DNA of 64,000 bases from Actinomycetes bacterium (GCA_038322045.1 JBBQFP010000005.1:27619-91618), one strand, 5' to 3'. Positions 34,078-43,797 are shown, numbered from the stretch's first letter. The notes: a model not told the origin generated them from the letters alone. A program made the numbers and translations.

Positions 34078-35316
34078 CTAGCGGAAGATCCCGGTGTGGC
34101 CGAGGGAGTACCGGCCAGGCTGCGGGAACACCGAGAGCCCGTGCGGTCCGCGGCCCACCGGGACGCGGGCCAGGAGCTGGCCGTCGCTCGTGCGGATGGC
34201 GTACACCTCGGAGCTGTACCGGCCGGACAGCCAGAGCACCCTGCCGTCGGCCGAGAGCCCTCCCATGTCCGGGCTGCTGCCGCGGGGCAGGTGCCAGGTC
34301 TGGCGCACCCTGCCGGTCGCCATGTCGAGCAGGGAGATCGAGCCCTCCCCGCGGTTGCTCACGTAGAGCGTCCGCGAGTCCCTGCTGACGTAGAGGCCGT
34401 GCGCCCCCGCCCCGGTATGGACGAACCCCCTGATCCGGAACGTCGTCGCGTCGAGGACCCAGAGGCCGTCGCGCGTCATGTCCGCGACATAGAAGGTGCG
34501 TCCGTCGGTCGAGAGCTTGACGTCCTGAGGCATCCCGCCGCCGGGCAGGTGCTGCTGGCGGATGACAGCCATCGTCGACGTGTCGACCTCGAGGAGGTCG
34601 GCGCTGAACTCGCAGCTCACGAGGAACCGGCGGCCGTCGGCGGTGAAGTCCGCGTGGTTGACGCCTGCGCAGCCGACCTGGACGACCTTCTGCGCGGCCA
34701 TGGTGTGCGGCTCCCGGAAAACGAGCGCATGGTCGGCCGAGGCCATGACGACGGCGTGCTTGCCGTCGGGGGTGAAGTAGAGGTTGTAGGGGTCGTGCAC
34801 CGGCACCGGTCGCCCGGCCCGACCGGTGCGCGGGTCGATCGGGGTCAGGGAGTTGCCGAGGTCGTTGTTGACCCAGAGGGTCCGCAGGTCCCAGGACGGC
34901 ACGACGTGCTGCGGCTCCCGGCCCACCGGCAGCGTCGCGAGCACGCGGTAGGTGGCCTGGTCGATGACCGTCACGGTGTTGCTCATCGTGTTGGGCACGT
35001 AGACCTGCGCGGGGTCCTGGCGGACGACGGGCGAGAGGGCACCTGGTCGATCGGCCGCCCAGACGTCGTGGGGGTCGAGCAGCGGCGGCATGCCGGGCAG
35101 CGGTCCCTCCGCACCCGCCGTCGGAGCGGCCTTCGGCGTCGGGGTGGCGCCCGTCGACCCGAGGGAGCTGGGGCTGCTCGCCTGGGCCTCCGGCCGCGCG
35201 GGCCGGCCGGTGCTCGAGAGGCTGCCGCTGCTGCTGCCGCACCCCGCGAGGAGCAGCGCGCAGAGCACGAGTCCGGCCTGCCCCGCGTGCCGCCGTCGGG
35301 CAGTGAGCCGAGTCAC
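34078..35316 (-). CDS. YVTN-type beta-propeller repeat lipoprotein
   Basis: GTG 35316 overlaps the upstream stop (GTGA). Lipobox LLAGCGS and a Ser/Pro linker. Repeated xVxVID/xLxVxN propeller blades (VYVPNTMSNTVTVID, TLYVSNRGEGSISLLD). Confidence 0.8.
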   Translation of the reverse strand: MTRLTARRRHAGQAGLVLCALLLAGCGSSSGSLSSTGRPARPEAQASSPSSLGSTGATPTPKAAPTAGAEGPLPGMPPLLDPHDVWAADRPGALSPVVRQDPAQVYVPNTMSNTVTVIDQATYRVLATLPVGREPQHVVPSWDLRTLWVNNDLGNSLTPIDPRTGRAGRPVPVHDPYNLYFTPDGKHAVVMASADHALVFREPHTMAAQKVVQVGCAGVNHADFTADGRRFLVSCEFSADLLEVDTSTMAVIRQQHLPGGGMPQDVKLSTDGRTFYVADMTRDGLWVLDATTFRIRGFVHTGAGAHGLYVSRDSRTLYVSNRGEGSISLLDMATGRVRQTWHLPRGSSPDMGGLSADGRVLWLSGRYSSEVYAIRTSDGQLLARVPVGRGPHGLSVFPQPGRYSLGHTGIFR

Positions 35317-36146
35317 CGCGGGCGGAGCAATGCGCTCGCGGTGACGGCTCGCAGGTGTCGCGAGGCGAGCAGGTCGAGCAACGCCGGCAGCGCCTCGACC
35401 GTGCCCGGGTGGCCCAGGTGCAGGCTGACGACCGAGCCCGGGCGCAGGGCAGCCGCCACGGTGCGGATGACGGCCGTCGCTCCGGGGTCGGTGTAGTCGA
35501 GGGAGTCGACGTCGTAGGAGAGGACGTGACGGTAGCCGGCCCTCCCGGCGGCGCCGAGCACGGGCCGCGACGCGTGCGGTGTGCCGGAGGGCCGGAACCA
35601 CGCGCCGGGCGAGCCGGTGAGGCGTCCGATCACGGCCTCGGCGCGCTCGATCTCGGTGAAGGCGGTCGCGGCATCCATCCTCGCCATCGGCCGGTGGTTC
35701 ATCGTGTGGTTCCCGAGCTCGTGACCTCCGTCGAGGATGCGGGTGGCCATCGACGGCTCCGCCGTGAGCCAGCTGCCGACGGCGAGCACCGTCACGCGGG
35801 CACCGGCGCGTTCGGCCTCGCTGAGCAGCGATCGAGCCAGCGCGGCGCTGCCCTGCCCGTGAAAGGTCAGCGCGACGGCGTCCCCGGTGCGCGAGCCGTG
35901 GACGACCTCGACCGCCGGGCCGGTCGCGGCCGGCTCAGGCGACGTGGCGGTCGTGGCACCACCCGTCTCCGTGGTCGGGCCTGACGACGCCGCCGAGGCC
36001 GAAGGAGTGGCCGGGGGACCGCCCGGCGCAGCGGCCGTGCCGGCCGGCCTCGTCGCAGGAGCGCTCTTCGACGTGCCGGCGCACCCGGCGGCCAGCGCCC
36101 CCGCGGCGAGCAGAGCGAGCACCCGACGCCGGTCGACGTCGGTCAT
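35313..36146 (-). CDS. Polysaccharide deacetylase (NodB/CE4) family lipoprotein
   Basis: ATG 36146 overlaps the upstream stop (ATGA). Tat/lipobox RRRVLALLAAGALAAGCAG. NodB-like TFHGQG, HELGNHTMNH and VSLHLGHPGT. Confidence 0.8.
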   Translation of the reverse strand: MTDVDRRRVLALLAAGALAAGCAGTSKSAPATRPAGTAAAPGGPPATPSASAASSGPTTETGGATTATSPEPAATGPAVEVVHGSRTGDAVALTFHGQGSAALARSLLSEAERAGARVTVLAVGSWLTAEPSMATRILDGGHELGNHTMNHRPMARMDAATAFTEIERAEAVIGRLTGSPGAWFRPSGTPHASRPVLGAAGRAGYRHVLSYDVDSLDYTDPGATAVIRTVAAALRPGSVVSLHLGHPGTVEALPALLDLLASRHLRAVTASALLRPR

Positions 36147-37126
36147 GGAGTCGCTCGGGTGTGGTCGACCGGGACGACGCCGCCGGATGCGGCCGAGCTC
36201 GTGGCCGCGGCAACGACGCGGTGCGCCTCGGCCCCCTCGAACATCCCGTGCGCATCCGCCGTCGCCTCGACGACCGAGAGCGTCATGGCGAGCAGCAGGC
36301 CCAGGACGACGAGGACCGGCCACGCCCGGCGGGGCGGCGCGGGTCGCTGCAAAGCCCTGACCCGGGATGCGACTTCGGCGACGCCTGGCAGGACCGTCGA
36401 GGGGAGCATCGGGGAGGAAGCGCGAGGCCCGGTCGCGGCTCGCGTCAGTGCCTCCGCGACGGTGCCGCGGCGGCACGCTGCAGCGGCGTCCTCGTCAGCC
36501 CAGCGCTCGCAGGCCTCGGCGACCGCCTGGGGGAGCCGGCGCAGGGCGGGGTTCGCGGCGGCGCACACCGCAGCGGCGCTGTGGTGGAGGTGGTGGCGGT
36601 GGCGCAGGTGCGAGCGCTCGTGCTCGAGCAGCGCGCGCCGCTGGGCGCCGTCGAGGCGCTGGAGGAGAGCGGTGCTGACGACGATGCGCCCGGGGCGTCC
36701 CGGGACGGCGTACGCCTCGGCCAGCGGGCTGTCGAGGACGGTGAGCTCGGTCCCTCGGCCGGCCAACGCCCGTGCCAGGCCATGCGCCTCGCGCAGCTCG
36801 TGAAGACGTCGTCGCGCGGTGGTAGCGACGGCTGCCGCCGTCGCTACCAGGGCCGCAAGCGCCCACAGCGCCACTGGCCAGGCCACCGGGTCGGCGCGGC
36901 CAAGGACCGCGCGCGACCAGTGGTCGGCGAGAGCGAGCACCGGGACCCTGGCGACGAGCGTGATCGACAGGATCGTCAGCGATACGTACGAGGCGGCTGC
37001 GCTGATGACGCCACCGGCGCTGAGCAGCCAGGCGGCCGTCGCCGGTGGTGTCTGGCGCGTCACCGGCCTGGCGAGGACGGCGAAGGCCGCGCTGAGCAGG
37101 AGCGGGAGGTAGACCGAGAACCTCAC
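36143..37126 (-). CDS. M56 family (BlaR1-like) membrane metallopeptidase lacking a penicillin-binding sensor domain
   Basis: GTG 37126 overlaps the blaI-like stop (GTGA). Four hydrophobic helices and the zinc motif LEHERSHLRHRH (HExxH). It is only 327 aa. Confidence 0.8.
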   Translation of the reverse strand: MRFSVYLPLLLSAAFAVLARPVTRQTPPATAAWLLSAGGVISAAASYVSLTILSITLVARVPVLALADHWSRAVLGRADPVAWPVALWALAALVATAAAVATTARRRLHELREAHGLARALAGRGTELTVLDSPLAEAYAVPGRPGRIVVSTALLQRLDGAQRRALLEHERSHLRHRHHLHHSAAAVCAAANPALRRLPQAVAEACERWADEDAAAACRRGTVAEALTRAATGPRASSPMLPSTVLPGVAEVASRVRALQRPAPPRRAWPVLVVLGLLLAMTLSVVEATADAHGMFEGAEAHRVVAAATSSAASGGVVPVDHTRATP

Positions 37127-37518
37127 GAGGCTGGCTCCTCCAGACTAGGGGCTGGCCCCTCTGGACGGCCGAGGCCGAGGAGCTGGGCGAGCGTGGTCTC
37201 CTCGGCCGGCGTCAGGGTCTCGATGAAGCGGCTGAGGACGGCCCCGGAGTCGTTCTCACGGTCGAGGATCGCCCGCATCCGCCCGGCCGCCAGCCCGGAC
37301 TCGTCGAGCACGGGGGTGTAGGCGTGGGCCCGCCCGGCGAGCTCCCGGCGCACCGCGCCCTTGTGGTGCAGGCGCGTGAGGATCGTCTGGACGGTCGTGT
37401 ACGCCAGGTCGGTGCCCAGGCCGTCCGCCACCTGAGCCGCGGTGAGCGGGTCCTGAGATGCCCAGAGCGTCGCGAGGACCTCGGACTCGAGGCCACCGGA
37501 CTCGCGGCGCTTGCGCAA
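37123..37518 (-). CDS. BlaI/MecI/CopY family transcriptional repressor
   Basis: Winged-helix N-terminus (LESEVLATLWASQDPLTAAQVADGL...YTTVQTILTRLHHKGAVRRE). Confidence 0.85.
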   Translation of the reverse strand: MRKRRESGGLESEVLATLWASQDPLTAAQVADGLGTDLAYTTVQTILTRLHHKGAVRRELAGRAHAYTPVLDESGLAAGRMRAILDRENDSGAVLSRFIETLTPAEETTLAQLLGLGRPEGPAPSLEEPAS

Positions 37519-37566
37519 CAGGCCTCCTCGTGCCGGGCGCGGGTGGCGGGTCCGGTCGTCGTCTTC

Positions 37567-37612
37567 TGACTCCTACAGTACGGTAGGAGTCAGAAACCTA
37601 CACCCCCGTAGG
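37567..37612. promoter_or_regulatory. Two CTAC-N6-GTAG palindromic operator-like sites in the blaI-uppP divergent region
   Basis: TGACTCCTAC-AGTACG-GTAGGAGTCA (37567-37592) has perfect 10-bp arms. CCTAC-ACCCCC-GTAGG follows at 37597-37612. Confidence 0.6.
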
Positions 37613-37652
37613 AGCTGGAGCTGCGGGACGCCGACGGACGGATGACTGCTCT

Positions 37653-38660
37653 GTGATCACGTATCTGCAAGCGGCCGTCATCGGCCTGCTCCAAGGGGTC
37701 ACCGAGCTGTTCCCGGTGTCGAGCCTCGGACACTCGGTCCTCGTCCCGGCCCTCCTCGGAGGTAGCTGGCAGCACCTCGTCACCGAGTCGTCGACCGGAA
37801 CGTCCGAGCAGAGCCCCTACCTGGCCTTCATCGTCGCGCTGCACGTCGCCACCGCGCTGGCGCTGCTCGTGTACTTCCGCCGTGACTGGGTGCGCGTCAT
37901 CGCGGGCTTCGTCCGCAGCCTGGGTCCCTCCCTGCGCGCCCGACGCGTGGTCGTCGCCGACGCCGACCAGCGGCTCGCCTGGCTCATCGTCGTCGCGACC
38001 ATCCCCGTCGGTGTCACCGGGCTCCTCCTCGAGCACACGTTCCGGACCTTGTTCGCCAAGCCGCTCGCGGCGGCGGTGTTCCTCACCGTCAACGGCGGCA
38101 TCCTCCTCGCCGGCGAGCTGCTGCGACGCCGGGCCTGGGTCGAGCCCGAGGTCGGTGATCTGGCCGACCGGGCTGACCTGGCCGCCGCCGACGGCGCCCC
38201 AGAACTCGTCGGGGCGGCAGCGGCCTCGAGCGCCACGACCGCCATGACGGCGGCACCTGGCCATCGACGGCCGGTCCGTCGCCTGGCCACCCTCGAGCAC
38301 CGCGAGGCCGCCGTCGTCGGCGTCTTCCAGACAACCGCACTTCTGGCTGGGATCAGCCGCTCCGGGGTGGCGATGGTGGGCGGGCTCGTCCGTGGCCTCT
38401 CGCACGCCGACGCGGCCCGCTTCTCGTTCATGCTCGCGACCCCCGTCATCCTCGCCGCAGGGCTGCTCAAGGTGCCGACGCTGTTCGGGCCTGCCGGTGA
38501 CGGCATGCACGGCCAGGTGGTCCTCGGGTTCGCCGTGGCGGGCTGCTCGGCGTACGCCTCGGTGCGGTGGCTCACCCGCTACTTCCAGACCCGCACGCTC
38601 ACGCCGTTCGCTGTCTACTGCCTCGTCGCCGGCGGCCTGTGCATCGCGCGGTTCGCGTGA
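37653..38660 (+). CDS. uppP: Undecaprenyl-diphosphate phosphatase
   Basis: GTG start. AVIGLLQGVTELFPVSSLGH at the N-terminus and ISRSG...FSFMLATP. A central insert of about 50 aa is Ala-rich. Confidence 0.9.
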   Translation: MITYLQAAVIGLLQGVTELFPVSSLGHSVLVPALLGGSWQHLVTESSTGTSEQSPYLAFIVALHVATALALLVYFRRDWVRVIAGFVRSLGPSLRARRVVVADADQRLAWLIVVATIPVGVTGLLLEHTFRTLFAKPLAAAVFLTVNGGILLAGELLRRRAWVEPEVGDLADRADLAAADGAPELVGAAAASSATTAMTAAPGHRRPVRRLATLEHREAAVVGVFQTTALLAGISRSGVAMVGGLVRGLSHADAARFSFMLATPVILAAGLLKVPTLFGPAGDGMHGQVVLGFAVAGCSAYASVRWLTRYFQTRTLTPFAVYCLVAGGLCIARFA

Positions 38661-38787
38661 ACCCGCACCGTCGTGCGCTCGACCTGACCCGTCCCACCGA
38701 CCAGCTCACCCAGGAGGACACCGTGCCCCGCGCGACTCGCCTCATGCCCGACTGCCCACCGGCCGCCCGATCAGGGACGGTGCTCTG

Positions 38788-39273
38788 ATGCCGAGCACCG
38801 CCTTCGGGCTGCCGGTGCACGCGCTCGTCGTGCACGCCGTCGTCGTCCTCGTGCCGCTGGCCGCACTGGGAGTCATCGCGATCGCCCTCCGACCGGCCTG
38901 GCGAGCGACCTACGGCTGGCTCACGGTCCTCGTCGCTGCGGTGGCGACGGTGCTCGTGCCGGTCGCGACGAGCAGCGGGGAGTCGCTGCAGGAGCGCGTC
39001 GGAGACAGCCCGGCCATCTCCGACCATGCGGAGCTCGGTGACCAGCTGCTCATCTTCATGGTGCCGACGCTCGCGGTCGCGGCCGCCATCGTCTGGCTCG
39101 ATCGCCGTCGGCGCGCCGGCTCAGGGCAGCCGCGGCTGCTCATGGTGACCAGCGTGCTCGGCGTCGTGCTGGCGATCGCGGTCGGCGTCCAGGTGGCGCG
39201 GATCGGGCACTCGGGCGCGACAGCGGTGTGGAAGCCGGTCATCGCCTCGACGGCGGGCGGCGGAGGCGGCTGA
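38788..39273 (+). CDS. DUF2231-like membrane protein
   Basis: Internal ATG of ORF 38392. GLPVHALVVHAVVVLVPLAAL followed by three more helices. Confidence 0.6.
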   Translation: MPSTAFGLPVHALVVHAVVVLVPLAALGVIAIALRPAWRATYGWLTVLVAAVATVLVPVATSSGESLQERVGDSPAISDHAELGDQLLIFMVPTLAVAAAIVWLDRRRRAGSGQPRLLMVTSVLGVVLAIAVGVQVARIGHSGATAVWKPVIASTAGGGGG

Positions 39274-39294
39274 CGGTCGCCAGCGGCGGCGGGA

Positions 39295-40020
39295 TCAGCC
39301 GGCGCGCAGGTTGACGCTCGTGTCCTCCTCCGCGCCCGGCCCGGCAGGCACGACGAACCGGTACCCGACGTTGCGCACCGTGCCGATGAGCGCGTCATGC
39401 TCGGTGCCGAGCTTCGCCCGCAGCCGCCGGACGTGGACGTCGACCGTGCGCGTGCCGCCGAAGTAGTCATAGCCCCACACCTCCTGGAGCAGCATCGCCC
39501 GGGTGAACACCCGCCCGGGGTGCTGCGCCAGGTACTTGAGGAGCTCGAACTCCTTGAAGGTGAGGTCGAGCACCCGTCCGCGGACCTTGGCGGTGTAGGA
39601 CGCCTCGTCGATGACGAGGTCTCCGCTGCGGATCTCCTCGGGTGAGTCGTCGGCAGGGGCTGCGAGGACCTGCGCGCGACCCTGCGCCAGCCGCAGGCGC
39701 GCCTCGAGCTCGGCGGGGCCGACCGTGTCGACGACGACGTCGTCGACCCCCCAGTCGGCGCTCACCGCCGCCATGCCGCCCTCGGTGAGGATGACGACGA
39801 GAGGCGCCCCGGCCCCCGTCGTCGTCAGGACGCGGCAGAGGCTGCGCACGTGCGGCAGGTCGCGCCGGCCGTCGACCAGGACGACGTCGCACGGAGGGAC
39901 GTCGAGCAGCGCGGCGGCCTCGGCCGGGGCCACCCGGACGGTGTGGTGGAGCAGCCCGAGGGCGGGCAGCACCTCTGCAGAGCTGCGCAGGTCGTTGGTC
40001 AGCAGCAGGACCTGGCTCAC
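39295..40020 (-). CDS. glnR: Orphan OmpR-family regulator GlnR (nitrogen regulator)
   Basis: GTG 40020 lies after GGAGG. The N-terminus [56 protein letters not shown] closely matches Streptomyces GlnR as I recall it. The C-terminus is a winged helix ([25 protein letters not shown]). Confidence 0.8.
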   Translation of the reverse strand: MSQVLLLTNDLRSSAEVLPALGLLHHTVRVAPAEAAALLDVPPCDVVLVDGRRDLPHVRSLCRVLTTTGAGAPLVVILTEGGMAAVSADWGVDDVVVDTVGPAELEARLRLAQGRAQVLAAPADDSPEEIRSGDLVIDEASYTAKVRGRVLDLTFKEFELLKYLAQHPGRVFTRAMLLQEVWGYDYFGGTRTVDVHVRRLRAKLGTEHDALIGTVRNVGYRFVVPAGPGAEEDTSVNLRAG

Positions 40021-40133
40021 GGGTACCTCCGGTGCTCGCGTTCCGCTGCGCTCCCCGTCGACGAGGGTCAGGAAAGCACAGAAGGACCCGGAGGCGCCGT
40101 CGCCCGAGTCCAACAGATGCGAGAGTAGCCCAC

Positions 40134-40931
40134 GTGCTGACGCCGTACCCCCGCGCCCTGCTCAGCGACGACGGCGTCCGACTCCAGGCGGTCCACGACC
40201 CGGCGCTCCTCGGCGGGCGCGACCTCGCCTTCGTCCTCGTCCCCGGCTTCACCGGCTCGTGGCGCCGCCCCGAGCTGCGGCGGCTGGCTCGCTGGTTCTC
40301 CTCCTACGGGGGCGTCGTCGGACTTGACCTGCGCGGCCACGGCGGCTCATCCGGCGTCTCGACGCTCGGCGACCTCGAGATCCTCGACCTCGACGCCGCG
40401 GTCCGATGGGCGCGGTTGCTCGGCTACGGCAGGGTCGTCACCGTGGGCTTCTCCATGGGCGGCTCGGTGGTGCTCCGCCACGCCGCGCTGCTCGGCCACG
40501 CCGGCGCAGGGCTGAGCCGGGTCGACGCCGTCGTGTCGGTCAGCGCCGCCGCTCGCTGGTTCTACCGCGGGACCCGGCCGATGCGGCTCGTCCACCGGGC
40601 GGTCGAGACCCGGTCGGGCCGGCTCTACGCGCGTCACGCGATGCGCACCCGCATCGCGGCGTCGGGCTGGGACCCACCGCCGGAGCCACCCGTCGAGGTC
40701 GTCGGGCGGATCGCCCCAACGCCACTGCTGCTCGTCCACGGCGCGCGCGACCACTACTTCCCCCTCGAGCACGCCGAGGCGCTCGCCATGGCGGCCGGGC
40801 AGCCGAGCGAGCTGTGGGTCGAGGCCGGTATGGCCCACGCCGAGACCGCGGCGACCGCCGACCTCGCGTTCCGCATCGCCCGGTGGGCCAGCTCGGCGAC
40901 GGCCCGGCACCTCGTCGCGGACGCGGCATGA
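40134..40931 (+). CDS. Alpha/beta hydrolase
   Basis: GTG 40134 within ORF 40032. Nucleophile elbow GFSMGG, and a late HGARDHYFP / AHAE region. Confidence 0.7.
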   Translation: MLTPYPRALLSDDGVRLQAVHDPALLGGRDLAFVLVPGFTGSWRRPELRRLARWFSSYGGVVGLDLRGHGGSSGVSTLGDLEILDLDAAVRWARLLGYGRVVTVGFSMGGSVVLRHAALLGHAGAGLSRVDAVVSVSAAARWFYRGTRPMRLVHRAVETRSGRLYARHAMRTRIAASGWDPPPEPPVEVVGRIAPTPLLLVHGARDHYFPLEHAEALAMAAGQPSELWVEAGMAHAETAATADLAFRIARWASSATARHLVADAA

Positions 40932-41749
40932 GCCCGACGACCGACAACGGACGACCGACGAGCCGGGTGCCCCGGGGTCTCGATGCTGCTGAGGCCACCG
41001 AGGCTGCGATCCTCCACCCGGCGCCGCGCGGCCCCGTGGCGTGGTGGGCCGGGCCCCTCGGCCTGGCGCTCGCCGCTGCGCTCAGCGTCGCGGCGCTGCT
41101 CGGCCCCTGGCCGCTGGCGGCCGCCGTCCTCGTCGTGCAGGTCGTCATCATGATCAGCTGGCTCGAGGCGATCGGTGCACCGGGGGGACGTGGTGCGCAG
41201 GTCGTCGTCCTCGCGGTGGCCGTCGCCGCCGACCTGGTCCTCGTCGTCCCCTCGGCGACGAGACCGGGTCTTGTCCTCGCGCCGCTGGGCCTGTCGGTGC
41301 TCGCCGTCGTCGGCCACCAGCTGGCCCGGCGCGGCGGACGCCTGCGCGTCGTCCGTTCGCTCACGGCGACCTCGTCGGCCGCGGTCCTCGTCGCCTTCGT
41401 CGCCATGCTCATCCCGCTGGCACGGCTCGACTCCGGAGACCAGCTCGTCATCGCCGGGCTGCTGGCCGCCGGACTGTGCGCCCTCGTCGTCCCCCTCCCG
41501 GTGCCGGGCTGGGCGACGGCCGTGCTCAGCGTCGTCGCCGGTGCCGCGTGCGCGGCGGGGGTGGGGGCAGCCGGGTCGCTCGGCGGGATGCCGGGCGCGG
41601 CGCTCGGAGCGTCCGCGGCCCTGGCTGCAGCCGTCGGCGCCGGTGTGGCGCGGGTAGCCGACCGGAGCGTGCCCGCGCTCGCCGCGGCTCTACCTCTCGC
41701 GACGGCGGCACCGGTGGTGTACCTGCTCGGCAGGGCGCTCCTCGGCTGA
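40928..41749 (+). CDS. Hypothetical polytopic membrane protein
   Basis: ATGA overlap with the hydrolase stop. About 7 Ala/Leu/Val-rich hydrophobic segments. Confidence 0.55.
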   Translation: MSPTTDNGRPTSRVPRGLDAAEATEAAILHPAPRGPVAWWAGPLGLALAAALSVAALLGPWPLAAAVLVVQVVIMISWLEAIGAPGGRGAQVVVLAVAVAADLVLVVPSATRPGLVLAPLGLSVLAVVGHQLARRGGRLRVVRSLTATSSAAVLVAFVAMLIPLARLDSGDQLVIAGLLAAGLCALVVPLPVPGWATAVLSVVAGAACAAGVGAAGSLGGMPGAALGASAALAAAVGAGVARVADRSVPALAAALPLATAAPVVYLLGRALLG

Positions 41750-41839
41750 CCGGCCCCGCCTGGGGACGAACGTCGTCTGCGTCCACAGCCCGCGCCGCTG
41801 TACCTGGCAGGCGCGCGGCTCGTCCATAGACTCGGCCGC

Positions 41840-42310
41840 ATGACCCCCCAGCTGCCGCGGCCCACCCTGGCCACCGACCCGACCGTTCCGGCGGCCGAGG
41901 AGCTCGCGCGCGGGTTGCGGGAGAGCGGTCGGCGGCTCACCCCTCAGCGGCAGATGGTGCTCGAGGCGGTCAACGAGCTCGAGCACGCGACGCCGGAGGA
42001 GGTCTTTGCGCGGGTGCACGCGTCCTCGAGCGCCGTCAACATCTCGACCGTCTACCGGTCGCTGGAGCTCCTCGAGCAGCTCGGTCTCGTCAGCCACACT
42101 CATCTCGGGCCTGGCGCGACGACGTACCACCAGGCTCGGGAGGTCCACCACCTCCACCTCGTCTGCCGTGGGTGCGGTCACGTCGCCGAGGTCCCCTCGT
42201 CCGCGGCCGAGGAGCTGCTGGCCCGGGTCCGCGAGGCCGAGGGCTTCGTCGTCGACGTCGCCCACCTCTCCCTCTACGGCCGCTGCGCCGGCTGCGGCGC
42301 GCAGGCATGA
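41840..42310 (+). CDS. Fur family transcriptional regulator
   Basis: RLTPQRQMVLEAV, STVYRSLELLEQLGLV, HHLHLVCRGCGHV and the C-terminal CAGCG pair. Confidence 0.85.
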   Translation: MTPQLPRPTLATDPTVPAAEELARGLRESGRRLTPQRQMVLEAVNELEHATPEEVFARVHASSSAVNISTVYRSLELLEQLGLVSHTHLGPGATTYHQAREVHHLHLVCRGCGHVAEVPSSAAEELLARVREAEGFVVDVAHLSLYGRCAGCGAQA

Positions 42311-43206
42311 GGAGCCCCCTGCTCGAGCGTGACGGGGCCGTCGAGGCGGAGGGAGTCGACGCCGGTGTCGCTGCCCACTACGGCGAGCCCTACCGGGAGC
42401 AGCGCTGGCTCGAGGGCGGCGAGGCCTCGGTCGACCTCTCCCACCTCCCCGTGCTCGAGGTCAGCGGCGCCGACCGGCTGTCGTGGCTGCACTCGCTGAC
42501 CTCCCAGCACCTCACGGCACTGCCCACAGGGCGATGGGCCGAGTCGCTCGTCCTCAGCCCGCACGGGCACGTCGAGCACCACCTGCGCCTCGTCGACGAC
42601 GGCGCGCGGACCCTCGCCGTCGTCGAGCCCGGCACGGTCGACGCGCTGCGGGCGTTCCTCGACTCCATGCGGTTCCTCCTGCGCGTCGACGTCCGCGACG
42701 TCACCGAGTCCCTCGCCGTCGTCCGCGAAGGACGCGGGCCGCTGCGACTGCTGCCGCGCGAGCAGCTCGCCGCGTGGGGCGACGCCCAGCCGGCGCTGGC
42801 AGGCATCTGGGCCGAGGAGGCGCTCCGCGTCGCCGAGCACCGCCCGCGGCTCGGGTTCGAGACCGACCACCGGACGATCCCGCACGAGGTCGGCTGGCTC
42901 GAGACAGCAGTTCACCTCGACAAGGGGTGCTACCGCGGCCAGGAGACCGTCGCCAGGGTGCACAACCTCGGCCGTCCTCCGCGTCGGCTCGTGTTCCTCC
43001 ACCTCGACGGCAGCGAGGTCGACCTGCCCGGCCACGGCAGCGAGGTCACGCTCGACTCTCGTCTGGTCGGCTTCGTCACGAGCTCGGCCCGTCACCACGA
43101 GCTGGGTCCGATCGCCCTCGCCCTCGTCAAGCGCTCCACCCCGGTCGAGGCCGTCCTCCAGGCTGGGGGGATCGCCGCAGCGCAGGAGGTCGTCGTCGCC
43201 CCGTGA
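42307..43206 (+). CDS. ygfZ: Folate-binding YgfZ/CAF17-like Fe-S cluster protein
   Basis: ATGA overlap with the fur stop. AHYGEPYREQR and the signature KGCYRGQETVARV. Confidence 0.8.
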   Translation: MRSPLLERDGAVEAEGVDAGVAAHYGEPYREQRWLEGGEASVDLSHLPVLEVSGADRLSWLHSLTSQHLTALPTGRWAESLVLSPHGHVEHHLRLVDDGARTLAVVEPGTVDALRAFLDSMRFLLRVDVRDVTESLAVVREGRGPLRLLPREQLAAWGDAQPALAGIWAEEALRVAEHRPRLGFETDHRTIPHEVGWLETAVHLDKGCYRGQETVARVHNLGRPPRRLVFLHLDGSEVDLPGHGSEVTLDSRLVGFVTSSARHHELGPIALALVKRSTPVEAVLQAGGIAAAQEVVVAP

Positions 43207-43772
43207 GACCGCACCTCCTGCTCACGATCGTCGCCGTGACGCTCGCTGGATGCACGCAGCACGCCGCACCTGCCGCCGCGGTGGTCCAGCTGCCGGCAGG
43301 GGCTCCGCGCCCACCGGCCGGATCGTTCTCGGCCGTGGTCGAGCGCGTCGTCGACGGCGACACGATGCTCGCGCGGCACGGTGACCGGGTCGTCCGGGTG
43401 CGCTTCATCGGCATCGACAGCCCGGAGTCGGTGAAGCCCAACACCCCCGTCGAGTGCTGGGGCAAGCAGGCGTCGCGGCTCACCGCATCCCTGCTGCCCG
43501 CGGGGACGGCCGTGACCGCGGCGTACGAGCCGGGAGGACGCACCGACCGGTACGGCCGGGAGCTGTGGGACCTCTGGCTGTCCGACGGCCGCTTCGTCCA
43601 GTCCGTCATCGTCGCCTCCGGAGCCGCTCGGCCGCGGCAGTTCCAGCCGCAGACTCGGCACGCCGGCTACCTGCGCGAGGTCGAGGCCGTGGCGGAACGG
43701 GCGCGGGTGGGGCTCTACCGGGCCTGCCCCGAGCCCGCATGGGTCGGAGCCGCCCGCGCGCGGGCCGGCTGA
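43203..43772 (+). CDS. Thermonuclease (SNase-like) family lipoprotein
   Basis: GTGA overlap with the ygfZ stop. Lipobox TLAGCT. VVDGDTML...VRFIGIDSPES...YGRELWD. Confidence 0.75.
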   Translation: MRPHLLLTIVAVTLAGCTQHAAPAAAVVQLPAGAPRPPAGSFSAVVERVVDGDTMLARHGDRVVRVRFIGIDSPESVKPNTPVECWGKQASRLTASLLPAGTAVTAAYEPGGRTDRYGRELWDLWLSDGRFVQSVIVASGAARPRQFQPQTRHAGYLREVEAVAERARVGLYRACPEPAWVGAARARAG

Positions 43773-43797
43773 TCCGTCCTCCTCGTCGTCGCCGGCC

